From the NCBI GenBank assembly GCA_963789955.1, contig CAWBMV010000017.1, positions 32,001 to 96,000 of the forward strand: DNA of 64,000 nt. Direction: 5' to 3'. Positions 9,940 through 19,278 of this stretch are shown piece after piece. Numbering within the stretch: position 1 is the stretch's first letter; every line of letters begins with the position of its first letter. This stretch comes from an uncultured Candidatus Rokubacteria bacterium (GTDB lineage Bacteria > Methylomirabilota > Methylomirabilia > Rokubacteriales > CSP1-6). A program made the translations under genes and the position numbers. Below the pieces are notes generated by a model. The model did not search any database and was not told the DNA's origin. It saw nothing but the letters and a program-made list of their open reading frames with translations.

Positions 9940-11305
9940 ATGAGCCTGCAATCGGTCAATCCAGCGACCGGGGAAGTCCTCGAGACGTTCACCGCGACTT
10001 CGAGCCGCGAGCTCGACCGCATCGTCGCGCAGAGCCACGCGGCGTTCCTCGAGTGGCGCACCGTGCCCTTCAAGGTGCGCGCCGAGCGGATGCGCGGGGC
10101 GGCGCAGATCCTGCGGCGCCGCCGGGCGGAGTTCGCCCGCACGATGACGCTCGAGATGGGCAAGCCGATCACGCAGGGGGAGGCCGAAGCCGACAAGTGC
10201 GCGTGGGTATGCGACTACTACGCGGACTCGGCCGAGGGCTTCCTGGCCGTCCAGCCGCGCGAGACCGACGCGAAGAAGAGCTACGTGCGCTTCGATCCGC
10301 TGGGTGTCGTGCTCGCGGTCATGCCCTGGAACTTCCCGTTCTGGCAGGTGTTCCGCTTCGCCGCGCCGGCGCTCATGGCCGGCAACGCGGGCGTCCTGAA
10401 GCACGCCTCGAACGTTCCGCGCTGCGCGCTCCAGATCGAGGAGGTGTTCCGCGAGGCGGGATTCCCGCGCGGGCTCTTCTCGACCGCGCTGATCGAGTCG
10501 TCGGCCGTCGCCGGCCTGATCGACGACCCGCGCATCGTCGCCGTCACCCTCACGGGCAGCGAGCTGGCGGGCAGCAAGGTCGCCGAGCGGGCAGGGAAGG
10601 CGCTCAAGAAGACGGTGCTCGAGCTCGGCGGCAGCGATCCGTTCATCGTCCTCGAGGACGCCGATCTCGACGCGTGCGGCCAACGTCGCCGCCGACGCGC
10701 GCCTGGTCAACAGCGGCCAGAGCTGCATCGCGGCCAAGCGGTTCATCGTCGTCGACGCGGTGGCCGAGAAGTTCATCCCGAAGTTCGTCGACCAGCTGCG
10801 CTCGCGCCGCATGGGCGATCCGCTGGCCCGCGAGACGCAGATCGGACCTCAGGCGCGTGTCGAGCTGCGCGACGAGCTGCACCGCCAGGTCGAGGAGTCA
10901 GTCAAGCGTGGGGCCCAGCGTCTGCTCGGCGGCGAGCTCCCGCGCGGCAAGGGCGCGTTCTATCCCGCGACGTTGCTCTCGGCGGTGGACAAGGGCATGC
11001 CGGCCTTCGACGAGGAGACGTTCGGGCCGGTGGCCGCGGTGATTCGCGCCAAGGACGAGACGGATGCGGTGCGTCTGGCCAACGACTCGCAATTCGGGCT
11101 GGGCGCGGCGCTGTGGACCAGGGACCACGCGCGCGCCGAGCGCCTCGCGGCGGCGATCGAAGCGGGCGCGGTGTTCGTCAACGGTCTGGTGAAGTCGGAT
11201 CCGCGGCTGCCGTTCGGCGGCATCAAGAAATCGGGTTACGGGCGCGAGCTCTCGGAGTACGGCATCCGCGAGTTCGTCAACATCAAGTCCGTCTGGATGG
11301 CCTGA
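9940..11305 (+). CDS. NAD(P)-dependent succinate-semialdehyde dehydrogenase-type ALDH (indel near 10680)
   Basis: VMPWNFPFWQ, LKHASNVP, LELGGSDPF, NSGQSCIAAKR, EETFGPV, PFGGIKKSGYGRELS. Confidence 0.88.
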
Positions 11306-11321
11306 CGGCGGGCGTGGTCGT

Positions 11322-12953
11322 ATGAAAGCCTCGGATCTGATCGTCCAGTGCCTCGAGAACGAGCAGGTTCGCTATGTGTTCGGCCTGCCGGGCGAGGAGA
11401 TCCTGGACATCCTCGATTCCTTCCTGGAGTCGCGCATCACCTTCATCCCGACGCGGCACGAGCAGGGGGCCGCGTTCATGGCCGACGCGTACGGGCGCCT
11501 GACCGGGCGCGCGGGCGTGTGTCTCTCGACCCTCGGTCCGGGCGCGACGAATCTCGCCACGGGCGTCGCCGACGCGAACCTCGATCGCGCGCCGCTGGTG
11601 GCGATCACGGGGCAGGCCGGACGCGATCGCATCCACAAGGAGTCGCACCAGCGCGTCGACATCGTCGAGCACTTCCGGCCGCTGACCAAGTGGAATACGC
11701 GCGTGGAGACCGCCGGGGTCATCCCCGAGGTCATCCGCAAGGCGTTCAAGCTGGCCGAGTCCGAGAAGCCGGGAGCCTGTCACATCGAGGTGCCCGAGGA
11801 CCTCGCGCGCGAGGAGACCGACGGCGCGCCGCTCTCGACCGAGCGCGCCCGGCGTCCGTCGCCGGACCGCCAGGCCCTCGAGACCGCGGCGCGACTGATC
11901 GAAAGTGCGTCGTTTCCGCTGATCTTCGCCGGCAACGGCGTGATCCGCGGGCGCGCGTCGGGCGAGCTGCGGACGTTCGCCCGAGCGCACGGGATCCCGG
12001 TCGCGCACACGTTCATGGCGAAGGGCTCGATGCCGTACGACGACGATCTCTGTCTCCTGTCCGTCGGGCTCCAGGCGCGGGACTATATCTCGTGCGGCTT
12101 CGACAAGGCCGACCTGATCATCGCGGTCGGCTACGATCCGGTCGAGTACGCGCCGAAGTTCTGGAACCCGGAGCGCAAGAAGTCGATCGTGCACATCGAC
12201 TTCACGCCGGCCGAGGTCGACAGCTTCTATCAGCCGGCGGTCGAGGTGGTGGCTGACGTGCGCGAGGCGATCGAGCTTCTCGGCGGGCTCGTGAAGGGCC
12301 AGAAGGATCCGGCGCCCTTTCACAAGCTGCGACAGTTCATCCTCGCCGAGCTCGAGGAAGGCGCCGCCGACGACCGCTTTCCGCTGAAGCCTCAGCGCAT
12401 CTTGAGAGATCTCCGGGCGAGCATGGGCCGCGAGGACATCCTGATCTCCGACGTCGGCACGCACAAGCTGTGGATCGCCCGCACGTTTCCCGCGTACGAG
12501 CCGAACACCGTGCTCATCTCCAACGGCTACGCGGCCATGGGCTTCGCGCTGCCGGCCGCCATCGCGGCCAAGCTCGTGCATCCCGAGCGCAAGGTGGTGG
12601 CGGTGAGCGGCGACGGCGGCTTCCTCATGAACAGCCAGGAGCTCGAGACCGCGTGCCGGCTCGGGCTCGGGATCGTCAACGTCATCTTCCGCGACGGTGG
12701 ATACAATCTCATCCAGTGGAAGCAGCAGACGCATCTCGGGCGCGAATCCGGCGTCAAGTTCGGCAATCCGGACTTCGTGGCGCTGGCCGCGGCATTCGGC
12801 GCCAAGGGATACCGGGTCGACTCGGCGCGCGCGCTGGGGCCGATCCTCGCGGACGCCCTGGCGCACCCCGGCCCCTCGATCGTCGATGTGCCGGTCGACT
12901 ACGAGAACGCAAAGCTCACGGCCGGGCTCGGCCAGCTCATCTGTCCGATCTGA
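11322..12953 (+). CDS. ThDP-dependent acetolactate-synthase-like enzyme; probable 2-oxoglutarate decarboxylase
   Basis: RHEQGAAFMAD, GPGATN, GDGGFLMNSQELET ThDP motif; C-terminal LICPI; adjacent to the SSADH-type gene. Confidence 0.85.
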   Translation: MKASDLIVQCLENEQVRYVFGLPGEEILDILDSFLESRITFIPTRHEQGAAFMADAYGRLTGRAGVCLSTLGPGATNLATGVADANLDRAPLVAITGQAGRDRIHKESHQRVDIVEHFRPLTKWNTRVETAGVIPEVIRKAFKLAESEKPGACHIEVPEDLAREETDGAPLSTERARRPSPDRQALETAARLIESASFPLIFAGNGVIRGRASGELRTFARAHGIPVAHTFMAKGSMPYDDDLCLLSVGLQARDYISCGFDKADLIIAVGYDPVEYAPKFWNPERKKSIVHIDFTPAEVDSFYQPAVEVVADVREAIELLGGLVKGQKDPAPFHKLRQFILAELEEGAADDRFPLKPQRILRDLRASMGREDILISDVGTHKLWIARTFPAYEPNTVLISNGYAAMGFALPAAIAAKLVHPERKVVAVSGDGGFLMNSQELETACRLGLGIVNVIFRDGGYNLIQWKQQTHLGRESGVKFGNPDFVALAAAFGAKGYRVDSARALGPILADALAHPGPSIVDVPVDYENAKLTAGLGQLICPI

Positions 12954-12987
12954 GCCCGGCGTGACAGGACCTGTTGCGCGACCGGAC

Positions 12988-13302
12988 ATGGCGATGGAAG
13001 AGACGCTCACGCACGTGGTCGACGAGCTGATCCGGCGAGGCTACCAGGAGCACTTCCGCGTGGTCGACGGCCGGCTCCAGGCGATCGGGACGGGTCAGCG
13101 CTTCGAGCCGAAGGACGTCGTGATTCGCGGGTACTACCGGTTCGAGGGTGTGTCGGACCCCGACGACATGGCGATCGTCTACGCGATCGAGACCACGAGC
13201 GGTGTGCGGGGCTTTCTCGTGGATGCGTTCGGCGTGTACTCCGATCCTGCGATCGGCGCTGCGCTTCGGCACGTTCCTATCCTCGGCAAGACCGCCGCGT
13301 AG
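12988..13302 (+). CDS. Small conserved hypothetical protein (RFEGxSDPDD family)
   Basis: 104 aa, YRFEGVSDPDDMAIVYAIE...GFLVDAFG; follows the ThDP enzyme gene on the same strand. Confidence 0.7.
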   Translation: MAMEETLTHVVDELIRRGYQEHFRVVDGRLQAIGTGQRFEPKDVVIRGYYRFEGVSDPDDMAIVYAIETTSGVRGFLVDAFGVYSDPAIGAALRHVPILGKTAA

Positions 13303-13319
13303 CTCACCTTCGGCCGGAC

Positions 13320-13553
13320 CTAGCGTCGCACGCGTTCGATTGCGGGGCCGATCGCGAGCGCGGCGCCGGCGGCGATCGCCGAGAGCACCGCGAACGCGGC
13401 CCAGATCGACGGAACGATGAGCGCGACTTCGAGCGGCGTCAGGCCGAAGCCGGCGACGAGGCTCGGCGAGAGGGGCGAGATCCCGAGCACGCCGAACGCG
13501 CCCGCGCCGTAGGAGCCCGTGAGAATCGCCAGGAGAAACCACCGAGTGGACAC
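13320..13553 (-). pseudogene. MFS transporter remnant with an in-frame internal deletion
   Basis: MFS-like TM1 and start of TM2 (ISPLSPSLVAGFGLTPLEVALI) joined directly to a terminal-helix-like segment (IWAAFAVLSAIAAGAAL); only 77 aa. Confidence 0.5.
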
Positions 13554-13621
13554 GAACGGGAAAGAGGCCGGCAGCTCCGAGGCCGCCGGCCCAGCTCCTC
13601 AGCGCGATCGCGTGATGGCGA

Positions 13622-14593
13622 TCAGGACGTCAGCGCGAACTTCTGGAACGTGTGGCAGCTCTCGGGTACGTAACCGCGGCTTCCCGCGAACGTCCACGTG
13701 ACCTCGCTGACGTACACGTCGCCTTTCGAGTCGACCGCGATGCCGTGCGGCGCCGCGAAGCTGCCGGCCGCCGTCGGATCCGGGCCACCCCAGCGCGCGA
13801 GCACGCGGCCGTCGCGGTCGTAGACGCTCACGCGGCCCGAGCGGATCTCGCCGGCGGGACCATAGCGCCGCGACGTCTGACCCGGCTGCCACCAGAGCTC
13901 CGAGACGTACGCGCGGCCCTGCGCGTCGAAGACCACGTGCGTCGGGCGCCGCGTGTCGGTCCACTCGGACAGATACTCGCCGTCCGGGTTGAAGATCTGG
14001 ATGCGATCGTTCTCTCGGTCGCACACGAAGACGCGACCGTCGGAGGCGACCGCGATGCCGTGGGGCAAGAAGAACTCGCCCGGGCCCTGACCCGGCACGC
14101 CCCACGAGCGCTTGAGCTCGCCCGTCGGCGAGAACAGATGGACGCGGCAGTTGCCGTAGCCGTCGGACACGTACAGCTCGCCGCGCGGGCCGACCGCGAG
14201 ATTCGTCGGCCGGTTGAACGGGCCACCCGCCTTCGACACGGTGGCGGTGTTCTTACCGTCGTACCCCGTGTCGGAAGGCGTGTTCATCGTGCCCATCGTC
14301 ATCAGGAGCTTGCCCTGCGGCGTGAACTTCCGCACGGTGTGGTTGCCGTCGTCCGAGCAGTACAGGAGGCCGTCCGGTCCGACGGTGATGCCGTGCGTGC
14401 GCAGGGTGAACTGGCCCTCGCCCCACGAGCCCAGGAAGTTGCCCTTCCGGTCGTAGACGATGATCGGATGATCCCCGCGACAGATCAGATAGACGCGATC
14501 CTCACCGTCGATCGCGACGCCCGCGACGTCGCGGTGAGAATAGCCGCTGGGCAGCTGCTCCCAGCCTTCGACGACTCCGTAGCTCAGCGCCAT
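13622..14593 (-). CDS. NHL-repeat protein (peptidyl-alpha-hydroxyglycine lyase-like)
   Basis: FNRPTNLAVG, YVSDGYGNCRV, GEFFLPHGIAV, VCDRENDRIQIF. Confidence 0.88.
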   Translation of the reverse strand: MALSYGVVEGWEQLPSGYSHRDVAGVAIDGEDRVYLICRGDHPIIVYDRKGNFLGSWGEGQFTLRTHGITVGPDGLLYCSDDGNHTVRKFTPQGKLLMTMGTMNTPSDTGYDGKNTATVSKAGGPFNRPTNLAVGPRGELYVSDGYGNCRVHLFSPTGELKRSWGVPGQGPGEFFLPHGIAVASDGRVFVCDRENDRIQIFNPDGEYLSEWTDTRRPTHVVFDAQGRAYVSELWWQPGQTSRRYGPAGEIRSGRVSVYDRDGRVLARWGGPDPTAAGSFAAPHGIAVDSKGDVYVSEVTWTFAGSRGYVPESCHTFQKFALTS

Positions 14594-14609
14594 CGGATTC
14601 CTCCTCGGC

Positions 14610-15110
14610 TCACACCCGCTCGTAGGCGAGGCGTTTCACCTTGTCCATGTTCGTGCCCTCGATCCGGATCAGTCGCGTCGGTCCGTCGCGGCGCGGCGAG
14701 TGCAGATCGCCCTCGTTGTAGACGTGCGCCATGCCGGGCTTGAGCGTGTAGCTCGTGGCGAGGCGCACCTTGCCCGGCTTGTCGGGCTTGGCAGCCTCGA
14801 CGAGCGCCCAATCGCTCATCACGGTCTCACCGCGCGCCTGGCCGTAGATCGCCCAGGACGGACCGTGATCGTGCGGATTGCTCTCCTTCTTGCCGGTGTA
14901 GACGTGGGCGAGGATGCAGAAGCCGAGCTTCGGATCTTCGTAGAGGATCTTGCGCTCGGGGACGTCGTCGCCGACGTACTTGCCGACGAACGCCTCGTCC
15001 TTGAGAACCTCCTGGACGACCTCGCACACCTTCTTGCGGCCGGCGGGGCCGGGGTCTTCGGTGAGCGCCTGCTGACAGGCCGCCGCGAACTTCTCCAGGG
15101 TCCAGCTCAT
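14610..15110 (-). CDS. Cysteine-dioxygenase-like cupin
   Basis: PHDHGPSWAIYG and a distal LHS provide a 3-His cupin site. Confidence 0.7.
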   Translation of the reverse strand: MSWTLEKFAAACQQALTEDPGPAGRKKVCEVVQEVLKDEAFVGKYVGDDVPERKILYEDPKLGFCILAHVYTGKKESNPHDHGPSWAIYGQARGETVMSDWALVEAAKPDKPGKVRLATSYTLKPGMAHVYNEGDLHSPRRDGPTRLIRIEGTNMDKVKRLAYERV

Positions 15111-15170
15111 GACCTTGACCTCCTCAGGTTGTCTTGGACCGAGTTGCCGCCATGACGACCTTCATCTAGG

Positions 15171-15213
15171 GTCGCGCCTCGGCCGGCGGGGCCCCAGCCC
15201 CGCGACGGCCTGC
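15171..15213 (-). repeat. REP-like palindromic repeat, copy 2
   Basis: Reverse strand GCAGGCCGTCGCGGGGCTGGGGCCCCGCCGGCCGAGGCGCGAC, just 3' of the deacylase stop. Confidence 0.85.
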
Positions 15214-15220
15214 GCGCGTA

Positions 15221-16924
15221 CTACCGCCCGCGGGCGCCGCCGCGTAGCAGCTGCCCCGGCAGCGCCCCGGTGGGCTTGCCGTCGCGCAGCACGACCTCGC
15301 CGTTCACCACGGTCGCCGCGATGCCGCGCGCCCGCTGCGTGAGCCGACGGGCTCCCGCCGGCAGATCGCGCACGACCTCGGGCATCTCCGGGGCGATCGT
15401 CTCGGGATCGAAGACGAGCAGATCGGCCGCCATGCCCTCGCGGATCAATCCGCGATCCAAGAAGCCCCAGTGCGTGGCCGGCTCGAAGCTCAGCATGCGC
15501 ACCGCCTGCTCGAGGGACATGGCTTGCTTCGCCCGAACCCAGTGGCTCAGCAGGTGAGTCTGGAGCGAGGCGTCCATGATCTGCGAGACGTGCGCGCCCG
15601 AGTCCGAGAACGTGACGACCGTCCGCGGATGCTTCATGAGCTCGAGGGCGTGATCCTGATTCTCGTTGGCGATCGGCTGCAGGAAGAACCGGTCGAGATC
15701 CTTCTCGAGCGCCAGATCGATGATCGCCTCGACCGGGTCGATGCCACGCTCGCGCGCGACCGCCGCCACCGAGCGATGCGGTCCTTCAGCCGTGTCCATC
15801 ACGAAGATCCACTCGTACGACCCCAGCCGCGCCTCGGCGCCGATGGGACGGCGCTCGTCGCGCTCCTTCGCGGCCTCCACCAGACGGCGGCGCAGCTCCG
15901 GATCGCGCAGCCGCTGCTTCTGCTCCTCGAGCGGCAGCGCGCGCAGCTCGCGCCACACGGGCAGGCGATCGAAGGGCAGCTGGGTCTTGAACGAGAGGAC
16001 GACCGTGAGCGCGCGACTGTGCACCTGGGCGAACATGCGGCCGCCGCGGGCCGCCGTCTCCTCGAGCAGGGCGACGTAGGTGCGCCAGAGATCGGGCTCT
16101 TCACGACGACTGAACAGGCCCCAGGTGACGGGCCGGCCGGTCTCGACGGCCAGATCGCGCAGCCGCACGTGGTAGTCGCGCAGACGCTCGGGGTCCCCAC
16201 CGGCGCGCTCGCCGGCCAGCTCGAACACCCCGGCATTCATCTCGCCCATGACGCCGACGAGCCGGCGCACCTCGTCCCACGAGGCCAGGCGGCTCGCGAC
16301 CGGACGACGATCGGGCGTCTCGTGGCTCGGCGAGCGCGAGGTCGTGAAGCCGATGGCGCCGGCGCGAATCCCGTCGCGCAGCTCGCGCTCCATGGCGCGC
16401 AGGTCGTCCTCACTGGCTTCCTTCTCGAAGGCGCGTTCGCCCATCGCGTACGTGCGCAGCGCCGAGTGACCCACGTAGCCGGCGTAGTTGATGCCCTTGG
16501 GAAGCATCTCGACCCGGTCCAGGAACTCCGGGAACGTCGTCCAGGTCCAGTCGATGCCGGCGTCCATCGCTTCGGCGGCGATGTCCTCGGCGCGCTCGAG
16601 ATTGCGCACGACCAGATGACGCTCGGACTTGCCGCAGGGCGCCAGGGTGAAGCCGCAATTGCCCATCACGACCGTGGTGACGCCATGCCAGCACGAGCAG
16701 GTGCCGTATGGATCCCAGAAGACCTGGGCGTCCATGTGCGTGTGGCCGTCGATGAAGCCCGGGGTCACCACCTGGCCGTCGGCGTCGATCACCTCGCGCG
16801 CGGCCTCTCGAATACGACCGATGGCGGCAACGCGACCGTGACGTACGGCCACGTCGGCTCGGTAGCGGGGCAGTCCGGATCCGTCGATCACCGTGCCGTT
16901 CTTGATCACCAGGTCATACGGCAT
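15221..16924 (-). CDS. N-acyl-D-amino-acid deacylase family amidohydrolase
   Basis: PGFIDGHTHMD, GVTTVVMGNCG, SDSGAH, RGLIREGMAADLLVFDP. Confidence 0.9.
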   Translation of the reverse strand: MPYDLVIKNGTVIDGSGLPRYRADVAVRHGRVAAIGRIREAAREVIDADGQVVTPGFIDGHTHMDAQVFWDPYGTCSCWHGVTTVVMGNCGFTLAPCGKSERHLVVRNLERAEDIAAEAMDAGIDWTWTTFPEFLDRVEMLPKGINYAGYVGHSALRTYAMGERAFEKEASEDDLRAMERELRDGIRAGAIGFTTSRSPSHETPDRRPVASRLASWDEVRRLVGVMGEMNAGVFELAGERAGGDPERLRDYHVRLRDLAVETGRPVTWGLFSRREEPDLWRTYVALLEETAARGGRMFAQVHSRALTVVLSFKTQLPFDRLPVWRELRALPLEEQKQRLRDPELRRRLVEAAKERDERRPIGAEARLGSYEWIFVMDTAEGPHRSVAAVARERGIDPVEAIIDLALEKDLDRFFLQPIANENQDHALELMKHPRTVVTFSDSGAHVSQIMDASLQTHLLSHWVRAKQAMSLEQAVRMLSFEPATHWGFLDRGLIREGMAADLLVFDPETIAPEMPEVVRDLPAGARRLTQRARGIAATVVNGEVVLRDGKPTGALPGQLLRGGARGR

Positions 16925-17074
16925 CGCGTGCTCCTCTCATCGACTCGCCCGAGGGACGGCAGGGCCCCGCGCCCGGTGGGTCGTGGCCGACCGAGGCGGC
17001 GCGCGTAAACGTGGCCGTATCGTACGTCAGTTCGGGACGTGCGGCCAGATGAAGGTGGTGGGGACTCGGGAGGA

Positions 17075-17785
17075 CTACGCGGCGTCGATTCCGGAGAGCC
17101 GGCCGAAGCTGACGGCGACCTGTTTGCCGCCGTCCTGATCGACCAGAAGCCCCTCGGGTGTGACATCGATGAGGGTGCCCGTGATCGGGACTCGAGAGTT
17201 CATGATCGAGAGCGCGACGCGGCGATCCTTGTAGGCCAGCGCTTCGCCCATCCAGAGCTTCGCCATCGCGCGGCTCAGATCGTCGACTTCCTGGATCATG
17301 CCGAGGCCGGGAATTCCCTGCGGACGCGGAGCTTCGATCTCGACGGTCTGTGCGGTGGCGGTGGCTGCCACCGGTGCGCCGACGGTCGCGGCGCGGGCTG
17401 GGGCGGGCGTGGGACGAGGGGCGGAGGCCGAGGGCGCGGTGTGCGGCTGGGCGCCGAGGGCCGGAGGCCGATACTCGGCGACGAGTCCGGGCGCGCGATC
17501 TTGCGCGGCCGCATTGACGCGCCCGTCGATAGCCGATCGCGTGCCCACGGCTCTTCCGAGACCGCGGATGAGCTCGGACATCTGACCCATCAAGCGGCGG
17601 AAGATGTAGTAGCCGAGAAGGGCGATCCCCAGAGCCAGGGCCAGTCCGATCTGGGATTGCAGGCGCGACAGGGATCCCAGCCGGTGGAGGGTCCAGACGA
17701 AGATGAGCAGCGGGACGACCGTGGTGACGGCGAACACCGCGGAAGCGGCCTGTTGCAGTGAGTTGGGTCGCGGTGTATTCGCCAT
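17075..17785 (-). CDS. Hypothetical membrane protein: 2 TM helices, Pro/Ala linker, C-terminal Sm/LSm-like domain
   Basis: Two hydrophobic helices, low-complexity linker, then KDRRVALSIMNSRVPITGTLIDVTPEGLLV...VAVSFGRLSGID. Confidence 0.6.
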   Translation of the reverse strand: MANTPRPNSLQQAASAVFAVTTVVPLLIFVWTLHRLGSLSRLQSQIGLALALGIALLGYYIFRRLMGQMSELIRGLGRAVGTRSAIDGRVNAAAQDRAPGLVAEYRPPALGAQPHTAPSASAPRPTPAPARAATVGAPVAATATAQTVEIEAPRPQGIPGLGMIQEVDDLSRAMAKLWMGEALAYKDRRVALSIMNSRVPITGTLIDVTPEGLLVDQDGGKQVAVSFGRLSGIDAA

Positions 17786-17908
17786 CAAAATCCATCGTAG
17801 GCGATCGCAAGCTCAGGGCCTTCAGGAAAAAATCGGCGGGCCCCGGCCGAGGCCTAAGGTGTGATATATCGCGGGGTAGATCGACAGAGCTTCAGAGGAG
17901 GTATCAAG

Positions 17909-18325
17909 GTGAGCGACCTGAAAATCGATGCGGTGCGGTCCTCGAGCAGCGGTGTGCTCGGGCGCGCCCGGAGCGAGGCGCGAGGCCACAGGCTGGTCCT
18001 CGACTCGTCGTCCCGGCCACAAGCCGACGCCTTCACCAACAGCGAGGCGTTCCTCGCGGGCGTCTCGTCCTGCGGTGTCACCTTGATCGAGGCGCACGCG
18101 AAGGAGTCGAGCATCCCGATGACGGGTATCGACGTCACGATCGAGGGGGCGCGGACTGCGGCCGAGCCGAACCGGTTCGCCGTGGTGACGATGACCTTCG
18201 AGATCGCCGGAGTCAGCCAGGCCCAGGCGGACGAGCTCGTCGCGACCTACCGCGGGCGTTGACCCCTCTACCGGACGGTCGCGGGCGCGACCGAGGTGAA
18301 GGTGCGGGTGGTGGCGGTTCGCTGA
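17909..18325 (+). CDS. OsmC/Ohr-family peroxiredoxin, probable selenoprotein (UGA 18260-18262 read as Sec118)
   Basis: GGAGG RBS and GTG start; FLAGVSSC55; in-frame TGA in YRGR-U-PLYRTV at the family's second Cys (CP) position; frame runs 20 more codons to TGA 18323-18325. Confidence 0.8.
18263..18296 (+). promoter_or_regulatory. Bacterial SECIS-like hairpin
   Basis: Stem CGGTCGC (18276-18282) / GCGACCG (18287-18293), G-rich loop GGGC 20 nt after the UGA; possible lower pairing CCTC/GAGG. Confidence 0.65.
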
Positions 18326-18357
18326 ACCGGTAGTACCATCGGGCCCCGGAGGATTCG

Positions 18358-18939
18358 GTGGCGAAGCAGCGGTGTGCCTGGGCCCGCGGCGATCTCGACG
18401 TCGCGTATCACGATCGTGAGTGGGGCGTGCCGATCCATCGAGATCGGCGGCTGTTCGAGCTCCTGATTCTCGAGGGCGCGCAGGCGGGGCTGAGCTGGTC
18501 GACGATTCTGAAGAAGCGGCCGGCCTACCGAAAGGCGTTCGACGGGTTCGACGCGAACAAGATTGCTCGCTACTCCGCCGTCCGCGTGCGGCGCCTCATG
18601 AACGACGCGGGCATCGTTCGCAATCGCGCGAAGATCGAGGCCACGATCGCCAACGCGCGGGCCTTCCTCGCGGTCCAGCGCGAGCACGGAAGCTTCGACT
18701 CCTACATCTGGCAGTTCGTGGACGGCCGTCCCAGGCAGAACGCCTGGCGCCGGCACGGCGAATGTCCGGCGGTGACGGACACGTCGCGAGCCATGAGTCG
18801 CGATCTTCTCCGCCGGGGCTTCAAGTTCGTCGGCCCGACGATCTGTTACGCTTTCATGCAAGCGACCGGCATGGTGAACGACCACCTGCGCGGCTGTTTT
18901 CGATGGCGCGAGGTTCGGCGGCGCGCCACGACGCGGTGA
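18358..18939 (+). CDS. tag: DNA-3-methyladenine glycosylase I
   Basis: YHDREWG, LEGAQAGLSWSTIL, IVRNRAKI, FKFVGPTICYAFMQATGMVNDH. Confidence 0.95.
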   Translation: MAKQRCAWARGDLDVAYHDREWGVPIHRDRRLFELLILEGAQAGLSWSTILKKRPAYRKAFDGFDANKIARYSAVRVRRLMNDAGIVRNRAKIEATIANARAFLAVQREHGSFDSYIWQFVDGRPRQNAWRRHGECPAVTDTSRAMSRDLLRRGFKFVGPTICYAFMQATGMVNDHLRGCFRWREVRRRATTR

Positions 18940-18954
18940 ACGGAAGGCGAGGGA

Positions 18955-19266
18955 ATGGCGAGACGGCGTGTTCGACTCGCGGCGGTAGGCGACGTGCCGG
19001 CCGGGCAAGGCCGGGTCGTCGAGGTCGAGGGCAAGGATCTGGCGCTGTTCAACGTCGACGGGACCTACTACGCGATCGACAATGCGTGTGCGCATCGCGG
19101 CGGACCGCTGGGCGAAGGCGACCTCGAAGGCCGATTCGTCCTGTGCCCGTGGCACGCCTGGCGCTGGGACGTCACGACCGGCGCCAACGCGAACAACCCC
19201 GCCGTCAAGATGGCCTGTTTCCCCGTCGCGGTCGAGAACGGCGACGTCTTCGTCGAGCTCGCCTGA
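18955..19266 (+). CDS. Rieske [2Fe-2S] ferredoxin
   Basis: CAH...CPWH Rieske motif, 103 aa. Confidence 0.92.
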   Translation: MARRRVRLAAVGDVPAGQGRVVEVEGKDLALFNVDGTYYAIDNACAHRGGPLGEGDLEGRFVLCPWHAWRWDVTTGANANNPAVKMACFPVAVENGDVFVELA

Positions 19267-19278
19267 GGACCACGGCCG

